The position numbers and the translations under genes are program-made. The notes below the pieces were generated by a model, which saw only the letters and a program-made list of their open reading frames with translations, searched no databases and was not told the DNA's origin. A stretch of 62,695 nt of DNA, filler included, from Chiloscyllium plagiosum (lineage: Eukaryota), in the NCBI RefSeq assembly GCF_004010195.1. It is 4 parts of one record of this genome, joined end to end, with 100 filler letters (N's around TTAATTAATTAA, not from the genome) between each part and the next. Parts side by side here need not be neighbours in the genome. Positions count along the whole stretch, not along the records: positions 22,027 to 44,784 come from NC_057713.1; positions 44,885 to 55,842 come from NC_057713.1; 2 more parts are not named here. The stretch is one strand, 5' to 3'. Below are positions 38,651 through 51,139 of this stretch, piece after piece. The first letter of the stretch is position 1; the number at the start of each line of letters is the position of its first letter.

Positions 38651-39360
38651 TGTTTCAACATGGGGTAAACCCCTATGCTAATTTAAACCATCCACACAGA
38701 AAACGTTCAACTCACACCATTGTCTGTTAAAATTTAAGAGGCAAAGAATTATCCCAGAGGTCACAATTTAAAGTAAAAATTAACAATTTTATTCTTTAAG
38801 TCCAACAGACAATATTAAAGCCAACAACTATTTACAACTCTTTTCTCCTAAACCTATCTTATACTTCCCACTCTACAATATTGGACCAATAAAAAAATCC
38901 CCATTAAGATTTACAAAATAAAGAATTATGTATCTAAAACCAGTCAGCTTTGTTGTTTCTTCTTTGTAGAGTTTCCTCTGTAGATTTTCTCTTGGTCAGT
39001 TTTGATGTTCTGCTGCGCATAGACAGGAACCTTCAGAGAGCTCTTGGACTAGCAGTCTATATGTGTGGATGTCTTTGGCAGTTCTTCTTCTAACAGTTCA
39101 AAATGTCCAGTTTTATATCTGAAAACATCAGATCGCTTCATTGGCTTTCATATTATCAAAATACTAAATTCAAATAGGATATAATTTAGACTGATTGGCG
39201 GAATTTGAATTTGTTTTTGTTTCATGGCAACTCCACTGTAACTATTTGTTTCAACCAAGTGTTACATTCTTACTTTGTTCAGGACTCTCTGTGCTTTGTC
39301 AGTCCTTGCTAGCTTTTCAGCTCTCTTCAAGGTACAGTACACCTCTGTACCTTTATAACA
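38651..39360 (-). repeat. 5' LTR
   Basis: tgtttcaacatggggtaaacccc...ctttataaca, followed on the minus strand by a PBS-like site. Confidence 0.9.
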
Positions 39361-39790
39361 ATATCGAACCACAACTTGAGACCATCCCCTCCATTATCAA
39401 CAGCACCATCTTTTTTATGCCATCTGAAAACTTCCTAATTATACCTTCTACATTCAAATTCAAGTCATTTATGTACACAACAAACAACAAGGGCCCTAGC
39501 ACCAAATTCTGTAGTTTACCACCAGTTACAAGCTTTGAATTACAAAAACACCCTTCCACCTTTGCCTCCTATTTTTCAATCAATCTTTGGCCCAGTTTGC
39601 CAGCTTGCATTGGATTCCATGAATTCTTACCTATTGGTCTAGTCTTCCATGTGGGACCTTGTCAAGGCCTTTATGAAGTCCATGTAAACCACATCAACTA
39701 TAATATCCACATTAATGTATTTAGTTACCACTTTTAAAAAAACTGGAAAACAGGATAACCCTCTAACAGATCTGCACTGACTATCCCTGA
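39361..39790 (-). mobile_element. CR1 RT fragment, continuation of the host LINE
   Basis: VLGPLLFVVYINDL in ORF 39353-39559. Confidence 0.85.
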
Positions 39791-39801
39791 TGAATTTGGC
39801 T

Positions 39802-42800
39802 CAAGAGTGTGGTGCTGGAAAAGCACAGCAGGTCAGGAAGCACCCAAGGAGCAGGAGAATCAACGTTTTGGGCATAAGTCTTTCATCAGGAATGAGACTT
39901 GTGGGCCAGGGTTGTGCTGAGAGATAAACGGGAGAGGGGTCAAGCGAGGGGGAAGGTAGCTGAGAATGCAATAGGTAGATGAAGGTGAGGGAGAAAGTTA
40001 TAGGTCGGAGAGGAGGATGGAGCAGATAAATGGGAAAGGTGATGGACAGGTCAGGAGAGTAGTGTTGAGTTGGAAGCTTGGGACTGGGATAATATGAGGG
40101 GAGGGGAAATGAGGAAACTGTTAATATCCACATTGATACCATGTGGTTGCAGTGTCCCAAGGAGGAATATGAGGTGTTCTTCCTCCAGGTATCAGATGGT
40201 AAGGATTCGGCGATGGAGGAGGTCCAGGACCTGCATGTCCTTGATGGAATGTGAGGGGGAGTTGAAGTGTTCAGCCACAGGGTGGTGGGGTGGTTGGTGC
40301 AGTTGTCCCAGAGATGTCCTCTGAAAGAATCTGCAAGTAAATGTCCTGTCTCCCCGATGAAGAGGAGACCACATCGGGTGTAACAGATACAGTAGATGAT
40401 ATTGGTGGAGCTACAGATAAATTTCTGTCAGATGTGGAAGGATCCTTTGGGACCTTGGATGGAGGTGAAGGGAGTGGTGTGGGTGTAGGTTTTGCACTGT
40501 GTCAGGGAAAGGTGCTGGAGATGTGGGCTAGCAGGAGAAAGTGAGGATTGCAGATGCTGGAGATCAGAGCTGAAAAATGTGTTGCTGGAAAAGCGCAGCA
40601 GGTCAGGCAGCATCCAAGGAAAAGGAGAATCGATGTTTCGGGCATAAGCCCTTCTTCAGGAATGAGGANNNNNNNNNNNNNNNNNNNNNNNNNNNNNNNN
40701 NNNNNNNNNNNNNNNNNNNNNNNNNNNNNNNNNNNNNNNNNNNNNNNNNNNNNNNNNNNNNNNNNNNNNNNNNNNNNNNNNNNNNNNNNNNNNNNNNNNN
40801 NNNNNNNNNNNNNNNNNNNNNNNNNNNNNNNNNNNNNNNNNNNNNNNNNNNNNNNNNNNNNNNNNNNNNNNNNNNNNNNNNNNNNNNNNNNNNNNNNNNN
40901 NNNNNNNNNNNNNNNNNNNNNNNNNNNNNNNNNNNNNNNNNNNNNNNNNNNNNNNNNNNNNNNNNNNNNNNNNNNNNNNNNNNNNNNNNNNNNNNNNNNN
41001 NNNNNNNNNNNNNNNNNNNNNNNNNNNNNNNNNNNNNNNNNNNNNNNNNNNNNNNNNNNNNNNNNNNNNNNNNNNNNNNNNNNNNNNNNNNNNNNNNNNN
41101 NNNNNNNNNNNNNNNNNNNNNNNNNNNNNNNNNNNNNNNNNNNNNNNNNNNNNNNNNNNNNNNNNNNNNNNNNNNNNNNNNNNNNNNNNNNNNNNNNNNN
41201 NNNNNNNNNNNNNNNNNNNNNNNNNNNNNNNNNNNNNNNNNNNNNNNNNNNNNNNNNNNNNNNNNNNNNNNNNNNNNNNNNNNNNNNNNNNNNNNNNNNN
41301 NNNNNNNNNNNNNNNNNNNNNNNNNNNNNNNNNNNNNNNNNNNNNNNNNNNNNNNNNNNNNNNNNNNNNNNNNNNNNNNNNNNNNNNNNNNNNNNNNNNN
41401 NNNNNNNNNNNNNNNNNNNNNNNNNNNNNNNNNNNNNNNNNNNNNNNNNNNNNNNNNNNNNNNNNNNNNNNNNNNNNNNNNNNNNNNNNNNNNNNACGGA
41501 TATGGAAGGATCCCTTGGGGTCTTGGAGGGAAGTGAGGGGGGAGGTGTGGGCGCAAGTTTTGCATTTCTTGCAGTTGTAGGGGAAGGTGCCGGGAGTGGA
41601 GGTTGGGTTGGTGGTGGGTGTGGACCTGACGAGGGAGTTGTGGAGGGAGTGGTCTTTCCGGAAAGCTGATAGGGGAGGGGAAGGAAATATATCCTTGGTG
41701 GTGGAGTCTGTTTGGAGGTGGCGGAAATGACGAAGTATGATACGATGTATCTGGAGGTTGGTGGGGTGGTAGGTGAGGACCAGTGGGGTTCTGTCCTGGT
41801 GGCGGAGGGGTGGATGTGACAAGGATTCGATAGGGACGGGGAGGGAAATATATCACTGGTGGTGGTGTCCGTTTGTAGGTGGTGGAAGATGATGAAATAT
41901 ATGCAGAGGTTGGTGGCGTGGAAGGTGAGGACCAGGGGTTTTTATCCTTGTTGCATTGGGAGGGGTGGCGTTCAAGGGCTGTGGTGCCGGTAGTGGAGGA
42001 GGTGCACAGGAGGGCATCATGAACCACATGGGAAGGGAAATTGTGATCTTGAAAGAAGGAGGCCATCTGAGATTTTCTAAGGTGGAATTGGTCATCCTGG
42101 GAACAAATGTGGTGGAGACGGAGGAATCGAGAATAAAAGATGGTGTTTTTATAGGAGGTAGGGTGAGAGGAGGTGTAGTCTAGGTAGCGGTGGGAGTCGG
42201 TGGGCTTGTAGTATATGCCTGTGGTTAGTCGCAAGAGACGGTGATGAAGAGGTCCAAGAAGGGGAGGGAGGTTGCTGAGATGGTCCAGGTGAATTTGGGG
42301 TTAGGGTAAAAGATGTTGGTGAGGTTGATGAACTGTTTAACCTCCTCATGGGAGCACGAGGTAGCACTGATACTGTAATCGATGTAGCTGAGGAACAGAT
42401 GGTGGGGGGTGGGGTGAGTCAATGTCATCTAGTGTATCTGTTGCACCTGATGCGGTCTCCTCTACATTGGGGAGACAGGACTCCTCCTTGCGGATCATTT
42501 CAGAAAACATCTCTGGGATACCCACGGCAACCAACCCCACCATCCCATGGCTGAACCCTTCAACATCCCCTCCCACTCCATCAAGTTCATGCAGGTCTTC
42601 GGCCTCCTTCATGGCCAAACCCTTACCACCTGACACCTGGAGGAAGAACACCTCCGCCTTGGGACCATGCAACTACATGGAATCCATGTGGATTTCAACA
42701 GTTTCCTCATTTCCCCTGGCCCCACATTATCCCAGTCCCAAGCCTCCAAATCGACACCACCCTCCTGACCTGTCCGCCACCTTTCCCATCCATCTGCTCC

Positions 42801-43030
42801 ACCCTCCTGTCTGACCTTTCACCTTCTCCCTCACCTTCATCTATCTATTGCATTCTCTGCTACCTCCCCCTTAGCCCACACCCCTCCATTTATCTCTTAC
42901 CACCCCCCGTTCCACAAGCCTCATTCCTGAAGAAGGGCTTATGCCCAAAATGTCGATTCTCCTGCTCCTTGGATGCTGCCTGACCTGCTGTGCTTTTCAA
43001 GCACCACACTCTCAACTCTGATCTCCAGCA
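39802..43030. mobile_element. Penelope-like retroelement cluster: minus-strand RT-thumb/GIY-YIG/terminus, inverted plus-strand copy at 42420-43030, and a younger nested copy at 40533-41815
   Basis: IYYKPTDSHRYLDYTSSHP..RFLRLHHICS; CKKCKTC linker; plus-strand NVI*CICCT*CGLLYIGETG at 42421. 39802-40400 and 42420-43000 are inverted homologs. Confidence 0.9.
40669..41495. other. Assembly gap (827 N)
   Basis: Run of N inside a young Penelope copy. Confidence 0.99.
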
Positions 43031-44504
43031 GCTGCCATTCTCACTTTCTACTTTCAGTCCCGGATGTATCCCTGCTTTTTCAAGTCTTCTCCTACAGACA
43101 TTTTTTTAACAAACTCCTTGCTGCCCTTCTTGAACAAAAGAATCACACTAGCTATCTTCCAGTCATGTGGCATTTTGTGGCCAGGGAAGTGTTAAACATC
43201 TCTGCTAGGACCCCAACAACCTCTTGCTTCCCACAGCAGCTTGGAATACAACATCATTTACAACATCAATTTACAACAATTTGCAACATTATTTTGATAA
43301 ATACTTTTTGATCCAGACATATTTGAATTTCGAAAGTAGGTAGAAATGTTTAAAAGGCAAAGTATTAATATTGATATGTCAATTAAATATATACAGAATG
43401 AAAATTTTCACACATGGCATGCAATTAAGATAGTTATCTTATCCACTGTACTGCCGATTATTAACCAAGTGATATTTTTGGAAATGATTGAAAAAGTTTC
43501 AATCTTGAATCTGTACCAATAGACCAGGCAGCGATTTATTCTTAAGTGTTAATCTTATTTAATAATAAGAATTCCATGATCACTTCATTTTCAAATACAT
43601 GGGAAATGCATCTAACGCTTTGTTTTGTCACATTTTTTTTAATGTTGCATTTTTAATAAAAAGAATTGATAACTGTCATGGAGTCAATTAAATTTCTTGC
43701 AAACTTTCTTTTAAAAATCATTGTAAGTTCTCATGAATGTCTGTTGCTATGTCTCCTGATTCTACTGTATCCCTTTTAAACTGGAGAAAAAAAAGTAATT
43801 TCTTCTCTCGTGACTAACTTTTGAATTACCCACGCCATAAGTCGTGGATGCTGGGTATTTGAATATTTTTAAGGTTGTGTTGGACAGTTGATGCGGGATT
43901 CAAAGGCTGGGTGAAAGAGGAGGTGGTTGTGTGGATAGGAAAGTTAAATGGGCAGAATGGTCTGTAGCTATACTGATTCATATGCACTTTTGTTTTCAAC
44001 TGTCAGTGCATTTGCCCGGATCTTCCCAGCAGACTATCAGACTGTACCAGAAGGAAAAAAGCATGTTCTAAAAATTAGATTTGATTAGCAAATTTTGCAA
44101 TGTGACCTCGATTTTCCGATGGCAAGATAATTATTTCTGTAGCACAGGTAGGAATTGTGCATCGGGGCCCTGCAATATCAACATCATAGCAGAATTACCT
44201 GGGAAAGTGAAGATTAAGCAATTCCCTTATGCCTGGAACCATCTGAAAGTATCCACTTAAATATGAGAATTCAGAAGGTTCCATACCAGTTAGGTAAACA
44301 GTTACTCAGGAAGTTTGAATATTAAATATCTCACTCATGAGTAATAATTAATTCAACTAACCGACAGACTTACTAGACACACACCTTCCCAACTACAGTC
44401 CCCAAATCCCGAAGAACCCACCCGCTTCCCAGCCCCCAACCCTACTACAGTCATGTGATCATTGTCCTGTGTGAAAAGAGAAACCCTAGATGCTGTGTAA
44501 TTAC

Positions 44505-44784
44505 ATAGAACATAGAACATAGAAAAATCCAGCGCAGTACAGGCCCTTTGGCTCTCGATGTTGCGCCGATCCAAGCCCACCTAACCTACACTAGCCCACT
44601 ATCCTCCATATGCCTATCCAATGCCCGCTTAAATGCCCATAAAGAGGGAGAGTCCACCACTGCTACTGCCAGGGCATTCCATGAACTCACGACTATCCGA
44701 GTAAAGAATCTACCACTAACACCTGTCCTATACCTACCACCCCTTAATGTAAAGCTATGCCCCCTCGTAACAGCTGACTCCATA
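44505..44784 (-). mobile_element. Young CR1 3' end
   Basis: (catagaa)n tail and TRGHSFTLRGGRYRT; same subfamily as 62030-62625. Confidence 0.9.
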
Positions 44785-44884
44785 NNNNNNNNNNNNNNNN
44801 NNNNNNNNNNNNNNNNNNNNNNNNNNNNTTAATTAATTAANNNNNNNNNNNNNNNNNNNNNNNNNNNNNNNNNNNNNNNNNNNN
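44785..44884. other. Assembly gap with artificial spacer
   Basis: 44 N + TTAATTAATTAA + 44 N. Confidence 0.98.
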
Positions 44885-45082
44885 TATCACCTTCATCCCC
44901 TCCCCCACTCACCTATTGTACTCTATGCTACTCTCTCCCACCCCCACCCTCCTCTCATCTCTCCACCCTTCAGGCTCTCTGCCTGTATTCCTGATGAAGG
45001 ACTTTTGCCTGAAACGTCGATTTTACTGCTCCTCGGATGCTGCCTGAACTGCTGTGCTTTTCCAGCACCACTAATCCAGAAT
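44885..45082 (+). mobile_element. Penelope family A terminus with hammerhead motif at 44987-45022 (weakened stem II)
   Basis: attcctgatgaaggacttttgcctgaaacgtcgattt. Confidence 0.85.
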
Positions 45083-46377
45083 GTGTGTATTGTTGGCAAT
45101 GCCAGCCATTTATAGCCCATCCTTAACTGCCCTTGAGAGTGGGATGTGGAGCTGCCTTCGTAAATAGCTGCAGTCCATGTCTTTTTGGTACATTGAGAAG
45201 TGAGTTCCAGGATTTTTTCCAGTGACAGTGAGGGAGCACCAATATATTGTTCCAGTCAGGATGGTATTTACTCTCATGACTCTGCTGTCTTTGTCCTTCT
45301 GGGATGTCATGATTTGGAAGGTAATGTTGAAAGATTTTTGGTAAGTTGCTGTAAGACAAATGAGCCTGTAATTATCTGCATCTATTCAAGCTGTCAGTTT
45401 TCAAGAATATAAGCACCCCCTTATCTTGTTTCTAATCGACTGATGTCTAGTGTCCAATGACGCCCATAAAATGCTGATCAGCAGCTTTCAAATCTCCTCT
45501 TCACTCTCGTTCAGTTCTTTCGGTTAAATGACATCCTTCCCTGGGGATATATGTGGATTCAACCATTTGAAATGTTTCATTATAACAGCCTTCTTTGCAC
45601 AATTACTCCTCATGTTTCATGAGGACATGCCATCATGAGGTGTACTGTTTCATTCATAAAACACAAAGAGGTGACAGCACAGATTGAAGCCATTGAGCCC
45701 AGTTCTTTTACTGAAGCAATCTAAAATAAGCTGACTCATCAACTGTTCTCCCTACTCTCCTGTATTTTACAAAACCATCAAGGATAATCTAAATATATTG
45801 GGACTTATGTTTTCTTTCTTCCTGGTGAAGTTTATTTCCAAAATTTCCATCAGTATTTAAAGGATCCAGACAGCTGTGCCACACATTGATGCATTTAGCA
45901 GGTAATAGAAATATGTCATTAATACAATGCCTTTGTGTTTATATCTCAAAGCAAAAGTTTTCACTTTTGGACCTAATATTCCTCTACTTTGCATCTGCAT
46001 GCCCAACAGCCTTTGCCAACTTCTCAGTGAGGAAGTGGGAAAAGTGTATACCTTTGCTCTTTTACTCCTATGTTCTCCCTAGAGTACATAGAGAGCACCA
46101 AGTTGAAGCCCCCTTGCTGCTGTGTTCACCAACAGTTGGGCTTCAGGACTGTGGAGGAGCTGACAAATGACAGTTTGAAAACTTGTGCCAGCTTTCAAAA
46201 GTAAATGCTTCCTTCAGGCCAGGGAAGAATAAATAAGGTTGAGATCCATCTATCTACTGTTCTTAGGTTACAGCTTGAATACTCCAAAGCCAGAGGTATT
46301 GCCAATTATGAAAAGCTGTATAATCTTAATTTTACTATGCCCTGAAGCAACCATACAAAACAAAAACAGTCTTTGTG

Positions 46378-47205
46378 TGTAACGTCACAATGCCCTTAAT
46401 CAAGCCCCCATTACACCTGAGATCATCAAAAAAGTTTAACTCTTAATCAAATGACTCAAAGCCTTCAATTTACCTGTTGGATGGACTTAAGTTAACAGAA
46501 AACACTAACCATGTTTCTGTATTTAAAATGAATAGCTATTTATACAAATAAGTGAATTATAATTGCAAGCGATCAATGCTTAATTCTATTAGCTGAAACT
46601 CTAACCTCCACTTCAATAAAACACACACACACACTTCAATAAGGTGGTTCATTTTGCTTCTTCCAAGTCCTTCTGATCTTCAATCTCCTTATTTCCAGAT
46701 CCATCCAGCAATTTACTGAAGACATGGGGCAGTTGACGTACAGTCTTTGGTATATCAGTCACAGGTTACAGCAAATAGTGGGGGAGATTGGCTGTCTTTC
46801 AGTATTTGGTCACTTTACTGCAGAGAGAGAGAGAGAAAAAAAACTGTCTTTCTTGCAGCCTGAATAATCGGCTGCCATACTGTTTACACATGAGCTTTTT
46901 ACCAGCCCAGGAGCTAATCAGAGAGTTGTTGTTGTACTGGTGACTCCTGACCTCCACAACTGGTCCAGATTGCACAAACCAAACAGCAACGTGTCTCTGA
47001 GTGAAGCTAGCTGTGCAAACACATTCATGTTGGCATGGAATCGTAGAGAAAGCAACAGTATAATCACAACTCACATTGAGTTCTGTCAACTTGTTTCCCA
47101 AAGTGCAGTGACTCCTACATTCCTTTTCTCTTATACATCAGTGCCCTTGGACCATTTTGGCCCATGATCCAGAATAAATAAAAATAAAAAGATATGGTCT
47201 TCACA
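46378..47205. mobile_element. Possible solo LTR
   Basis: Starts tgtaac, ends tcaca, about 830 bp, non-coding; no TSD found. Confidence 0.3.
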
Positions 47206-47322
47206 GTGGAAGCAGCAAAGCTAACCGAGGGAAGCCAGAAGATTCCTTTTTTGTGATTTGAGATTAAGAATGTGAGTTTCTTTATTAACTTCAGTTTAAT
47301 TGGTGCATTCATGTTGCAGCAT

Positions 47323-47507
47323 GGCGGTTTCTACTACAAACCGACCGACTCCCACAGCTACCTGGACTACACCTCCTCCCATCCTGCCCCCTGTAAAAAT
47401 GCCATCCCATTCTCCCAATTCCTTCGACTCCGCCGCATCTGCTCCCAGGAGGACCAGTTCCAAAAACGCACAACACAGATGGCCTCCTTCTTCAAGGACC
47501 GCAATTT
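47323..47507 (+). mobile_element. Young Penelope RT-thumb fragment
   Basis: FYYKPTDSHSYLDYTSSHPAPCKNAIPFSQFLRLRRICSQEDQF; CpG-rich and open. Confidence 0.9.
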
Positions 47508-47860
47508 CGTGAGAAACAGATTCAGAAACAGAGATTGAGAAATATACTGTCAGAAACATCGTGGCAGAAACATCGTGGCTGAAATAGAGTGGCTGAAACA
47601 GAGGATGACAAATGGGATGAGAAATAGAGTGGCAAAAACAGAATATGAGAAACAGAGGATGAGAAACAGAGTGGCTTAAACAGAGTATAAGAAACAGAGT
47701 GGCAGAAACAGAAAGTCAGAAACAAAATATGAGAAACAGAGTAGCAGAAAGAGAGTGGCAGAAACACAGTATGAGAAACAAGTTGAGAAAGTAGAGAATG
47801 AGAAACAGAGTGACAGAAATAATGTGTCAAAAACAGAGTAGCAGGAACAGAGGATGAGCA
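47508..47860. repeat. Degenerate purine-rich minisatellite (GAAACAGAGTGGCA / GAAACAGAGGATGA-type units)
   Basis: Recurrent gaaacaga core at about 14-nt spacing. Confidence 0.85.
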
Positions 47861-47992
47861 GAAGGCTGTGTTGACCAGGACATCTCTTTGGCCTGAAGAG
47901 GAACTTGGAGGAAGAATGTAATTATGGTGCCTCATGTGGGTACCAATGAGACAGGATCCCTGAGAAACAATTCCAATAGAAGAGAAAAGCTC

Positions 47993-48296
47993 TTCAGATG
48001 ATTCCACCTTACAAAACAACACTGCAGACATGGATTCCTTCTTCCATTGCTTTGGTTTCCTGCCCACTGTGGTTAACAGGGCCCTCAAACCCCAGTCTGA
48101 CCTATCACCCTCCCCTTGACCTCTTTCCACCTATCACATTTCCGACGCCCCTCCCCCAAGTCCCTCCTCCTTACCTTTTATCTTAGCCTGCTGGACAAAC
48201 CTTCCTCATTCCTGAAGAAGGGCTTATGCCCGAAACGTCGATTCTCCTGTTCCCTGGATGCTGCCTGACCTGCTGCGCTTTTCCAGCAACACATTT
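47993..48296 (+). mobile_element. Penelope fragments ending in a family A terminus
   Basis: SDDSTLQNNTADMDSFF..FLPTVVNRAL-like segment, then a pyrimidine tract and hammerhead. Confidence 0.8.
48208..48243 (+). ncRNA. Minimal hammerhead ribozyme motif with intact core
   Basis: CTGAAGA (48212-48218), A, GGGC-TTAT-GCCC, GAAA (48232-48235), C, GTC (48237-48239). Confidence 0.8.
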
Positions 48297-48769
48297 CCGG
48301 TTCATGGGACAGATTTGTAGAGCAGGTAGTGCACAAGAAAGGAGGGGTTGCCACGAAGTCTTGGTGTGATATCCAAGATATAACACATCTCCCCCTTCCC
48401 TAATCCCAATGATGCACCCCATCCTTCTCTGCATGTGTCATAAAAGTGACCAACACACAGTCACATTTTGGCATGCTGGGGGCACTTTATTCAGGTCAAT
48501 AGACTTATGAACAAAGATAATTGACCTTTCATTTTTTTTTACATTTGGTGTGCAAGCTGTTGATTTCAGGGTTCTCAGCTGCCGGCTGGGTGGGAAGTAA
48601 AGCGGCTTGATCTATTTAATATGCCCCTCCTGATAAGAAGTTTCTGGGTATATAATATCCAGATCCAAATTTAAAAGCCTGTTGAACTGATTGTATAAGA
48701 TCAAAAGATGAACAGAGAGAGGTCATTCAGCCTTTTGAGTATACACGCCATTCATTGAGATAAAGCATA

Positions 48770-49840
48770 CGGAATCCAGGGTAGCTTGGCAAGTTAGATC
48801 CAAAGTTGGCTTTGAAGTAGGAGACACAGTATAATAATAAAAGACTGTTTGTGAAAATGGAGGCTGTTGGATTCCTTAATTTTTGTGATATATATTACAC
48901 ACACACAGAAATTATATGGACTAGGGGATGTGATGGCTTACTAATCTAGAGACCCAGGTAATGTTCTGGGGACCTGGGTTTGAATCCAACCATGGCAGAT
49001 GTGGAATTTAAATTTAATGTAAAGCCAAATCTGGAATTAAGAGGTTAATAATGACTATGAATCCGTTGTGAATTGTCCGAAAAACCCACCTGATTCTCTA
49101 TGTTCTTTAGGGAAAGAAATCTGCCATCCTTACCTGGTCTGGTCTACAAGTGACTCTAGAACACAACAATGTGTTTGACTTTTAATTGCCCTTTGGACAA
49201 TTAGGGGTAGGCAATAAATGGTGGCCTAGCCAGTGATATCCTCATCCCATGAATGCATAAAAAAGGGGGCAAAAAAGAATGTGGTCGAGGGATGATTAGT
49301 AAGTTTGCAGATGAAATGAAAAGTGGCCAGGAATTTAATAGTGAGTTGCAGGAAAATATAGATGGGTTGGTCAAATGGGCAGAACAGTGATTGATGGAAT
49401 TTAACTCTGATAAGTATGAGGTGATGCCCTTTGGAAGAAATAACAAGATGGTTGGGGGGTGGGGTGAAGGTACTTAACGAATGACAGAATACCTGGAAGC
49501 TCAGAGGAACAGAGGGATTTTGTGGTACTTTCCTACAGCTCCCTGAAAACAGTTTTGAAGGGTCAGGAACAAGATATAATTTTAAGGTGAAAGGCAGGAA
49601 GTTGAGGGGGGAGCTGAGGATTTTTTTTCACTCAGGGAATGAATGGAATGCACTTCCTTCCTGGGAGAATAGTTGAGATGAGAAAACTCAAAACCTTTAT
49701 AAGTACTTGGATGAATAAGTACTTGAAATGTCATAATATGCAAAGTTAAGGGTGAAATGTTGCAAAGTGGGACTAGTGTAGATTTAGAGCAATTTTCTCA
49801 ATGGACCAAACTGTTCTCTGAACTGTGTAATTCTATGATC
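48770..49840 (+). mobile_element. Old CR1 with nested SINE (48925-49260)
   Basis: atgattagtaagtttgcagatga (MISKFAD) and atggaatttaactctgataag (MEFNSDK). Confidence 0.7.
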
Positions 49841-51116
49841 ATGCTGAACTGATAACCCTCAACTACACTTTACAGCTTTTCCCCCATATCCTTGTTTCCC
49901 TCTCCATAGATGCTGCCTGAACTGCTGAGTATTTTAACCATTTTCTGCTTATTTTCTAGGTTTTGCTTTTGCGAATTCATTGTTGTGCAAGTTAGTCCTG
50001 CTCTCAAGACTGATTTTTCCAATGTAACTCTTAAAATGAAGTGTTGTACTGAGGCTCTTGTGATTCAGCTACAGACTATTTCAAGGTACACTCCAGTATG
50101 TTTCAGAACTCGCCAGAGTTCTTCCTAAGCTGATAGCGTCAAACACGAATCCATCATATTGGAATCATGCCGTGCACCAAATGGCTGCCACATTTGTTGA
50201 CAAAGCAAAAATAAAAATCATAACTTCAAAGAGAGGGATTACAGTCATGTATGAACATTTTTCATTTAAATATATTATCAGATGACAAAGACTGGGCAGT
50301 TCATTTCCACAAGATAGCAAACCAAAAGGGAAAACGAAAGCAAATGTTAATTTGAAAATTCCAAGGTATTGTTAAGTTGATTTTTTTAAAACTCTTGATT
50401 ATAATTCCACATACAATTTGGTAATGATTGCTTTGAGATTATAATGATGAAGGACAGAAAAGAAGATTCCATCTTTTTCTGCATCAGTGCCAATTTACAC
50501 AGTGGTCAGTGATGTGAAATCACTAACAGCAGAAGAACTGGGAACCTCAATCAGCCTCAGCTTTAATGGGCTGCAAAATATTTATTTAACGACTGAGGCA
50601 TTTCTGTGGGATTTTCTGTCTGACCATTGGTGAGACTCGGTGACCTCTTTTATGAGAAAAGATAGAGGCTTTGTAAATACTTAATTTATGCTGATTGCTT
50701 AGGAGCCAGGCTATTTAAAAAATGAACAATGCAATGCTTCAGTGCCAGTGTTTTTTTCTCTGCCGCATTAATTTAGTGTAGAATTAGAAGAACGGTGCTT
50801 GGGCACCACCTACAGGGCAATGTGTTAATAACAGGAACAAAATTGCAGTTGCTACATTGTGCTTGGAAAGAGGGCCAGTCAGTCGATGTTTCTTCAGTAT
50901 GCATCAAATGAAAATATTGGAACCATCAGTCTGATATGTTTGCTCTGTGATGTTGCCTTTTGCACACCATTATCAACTTATGTGTTCACATAATTCATAA
51001 ATAATTTTGAATTGTAGCTTGCAGGAAAAAGACCTATTATTACCTAACATGAGATGCCCCACTCTAGCACAATTGGCCCTTTGTTTTAATTGTGAGGTTT
51101 ATTGGCAGTGATACAC

Positions 51117-51139
51117 AGACACACACACACACACACACA
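51117..51139. repeat. (CA)n microsatellite
   Basis: agacacacacacacacacacaca. Confidence 0.9.

Larger units (their letters stand above)
29594..39360 (-). mobile_element. Tandem three-LTR Gmr1-like (Gypsy) retrotransposon, decayed, 4-bp TSD ATAT
   Basis: Termini TGT...ACA; ATAT at 29590-29593 and 39361-39364. Gag has SCAN-like EIILLEEFRRSLP and a CFHCGK knuckle; integrase core (DVSTRFPEAVPL..IQSDQGSNF) lies upstream of RT (WSSPIVLVPK.DG..RFC..YPIPRLEDC; MPFGMKN; YLDD). Confidence 0.93.

Noticed and set aside
40548..42234. Long ORFs of 319-543 aa
   Set aside because: Mostly X residues from the N gap; the real parts are Penelope fragments.
47508..47860. Regularly spaced short repeats resembling a CRISPR array
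   Set aside because: Degenerate units of about 14 nt with no unique spacers, in vertebrate DNA with no cas genes.
47861..48008. Minus-strand exon-like VESSEELFSSIG...
   Set aside because: The plus strand is explained by CR1 esterase and Penelope fragments, and the apparent acceptor lies inside a repeat.
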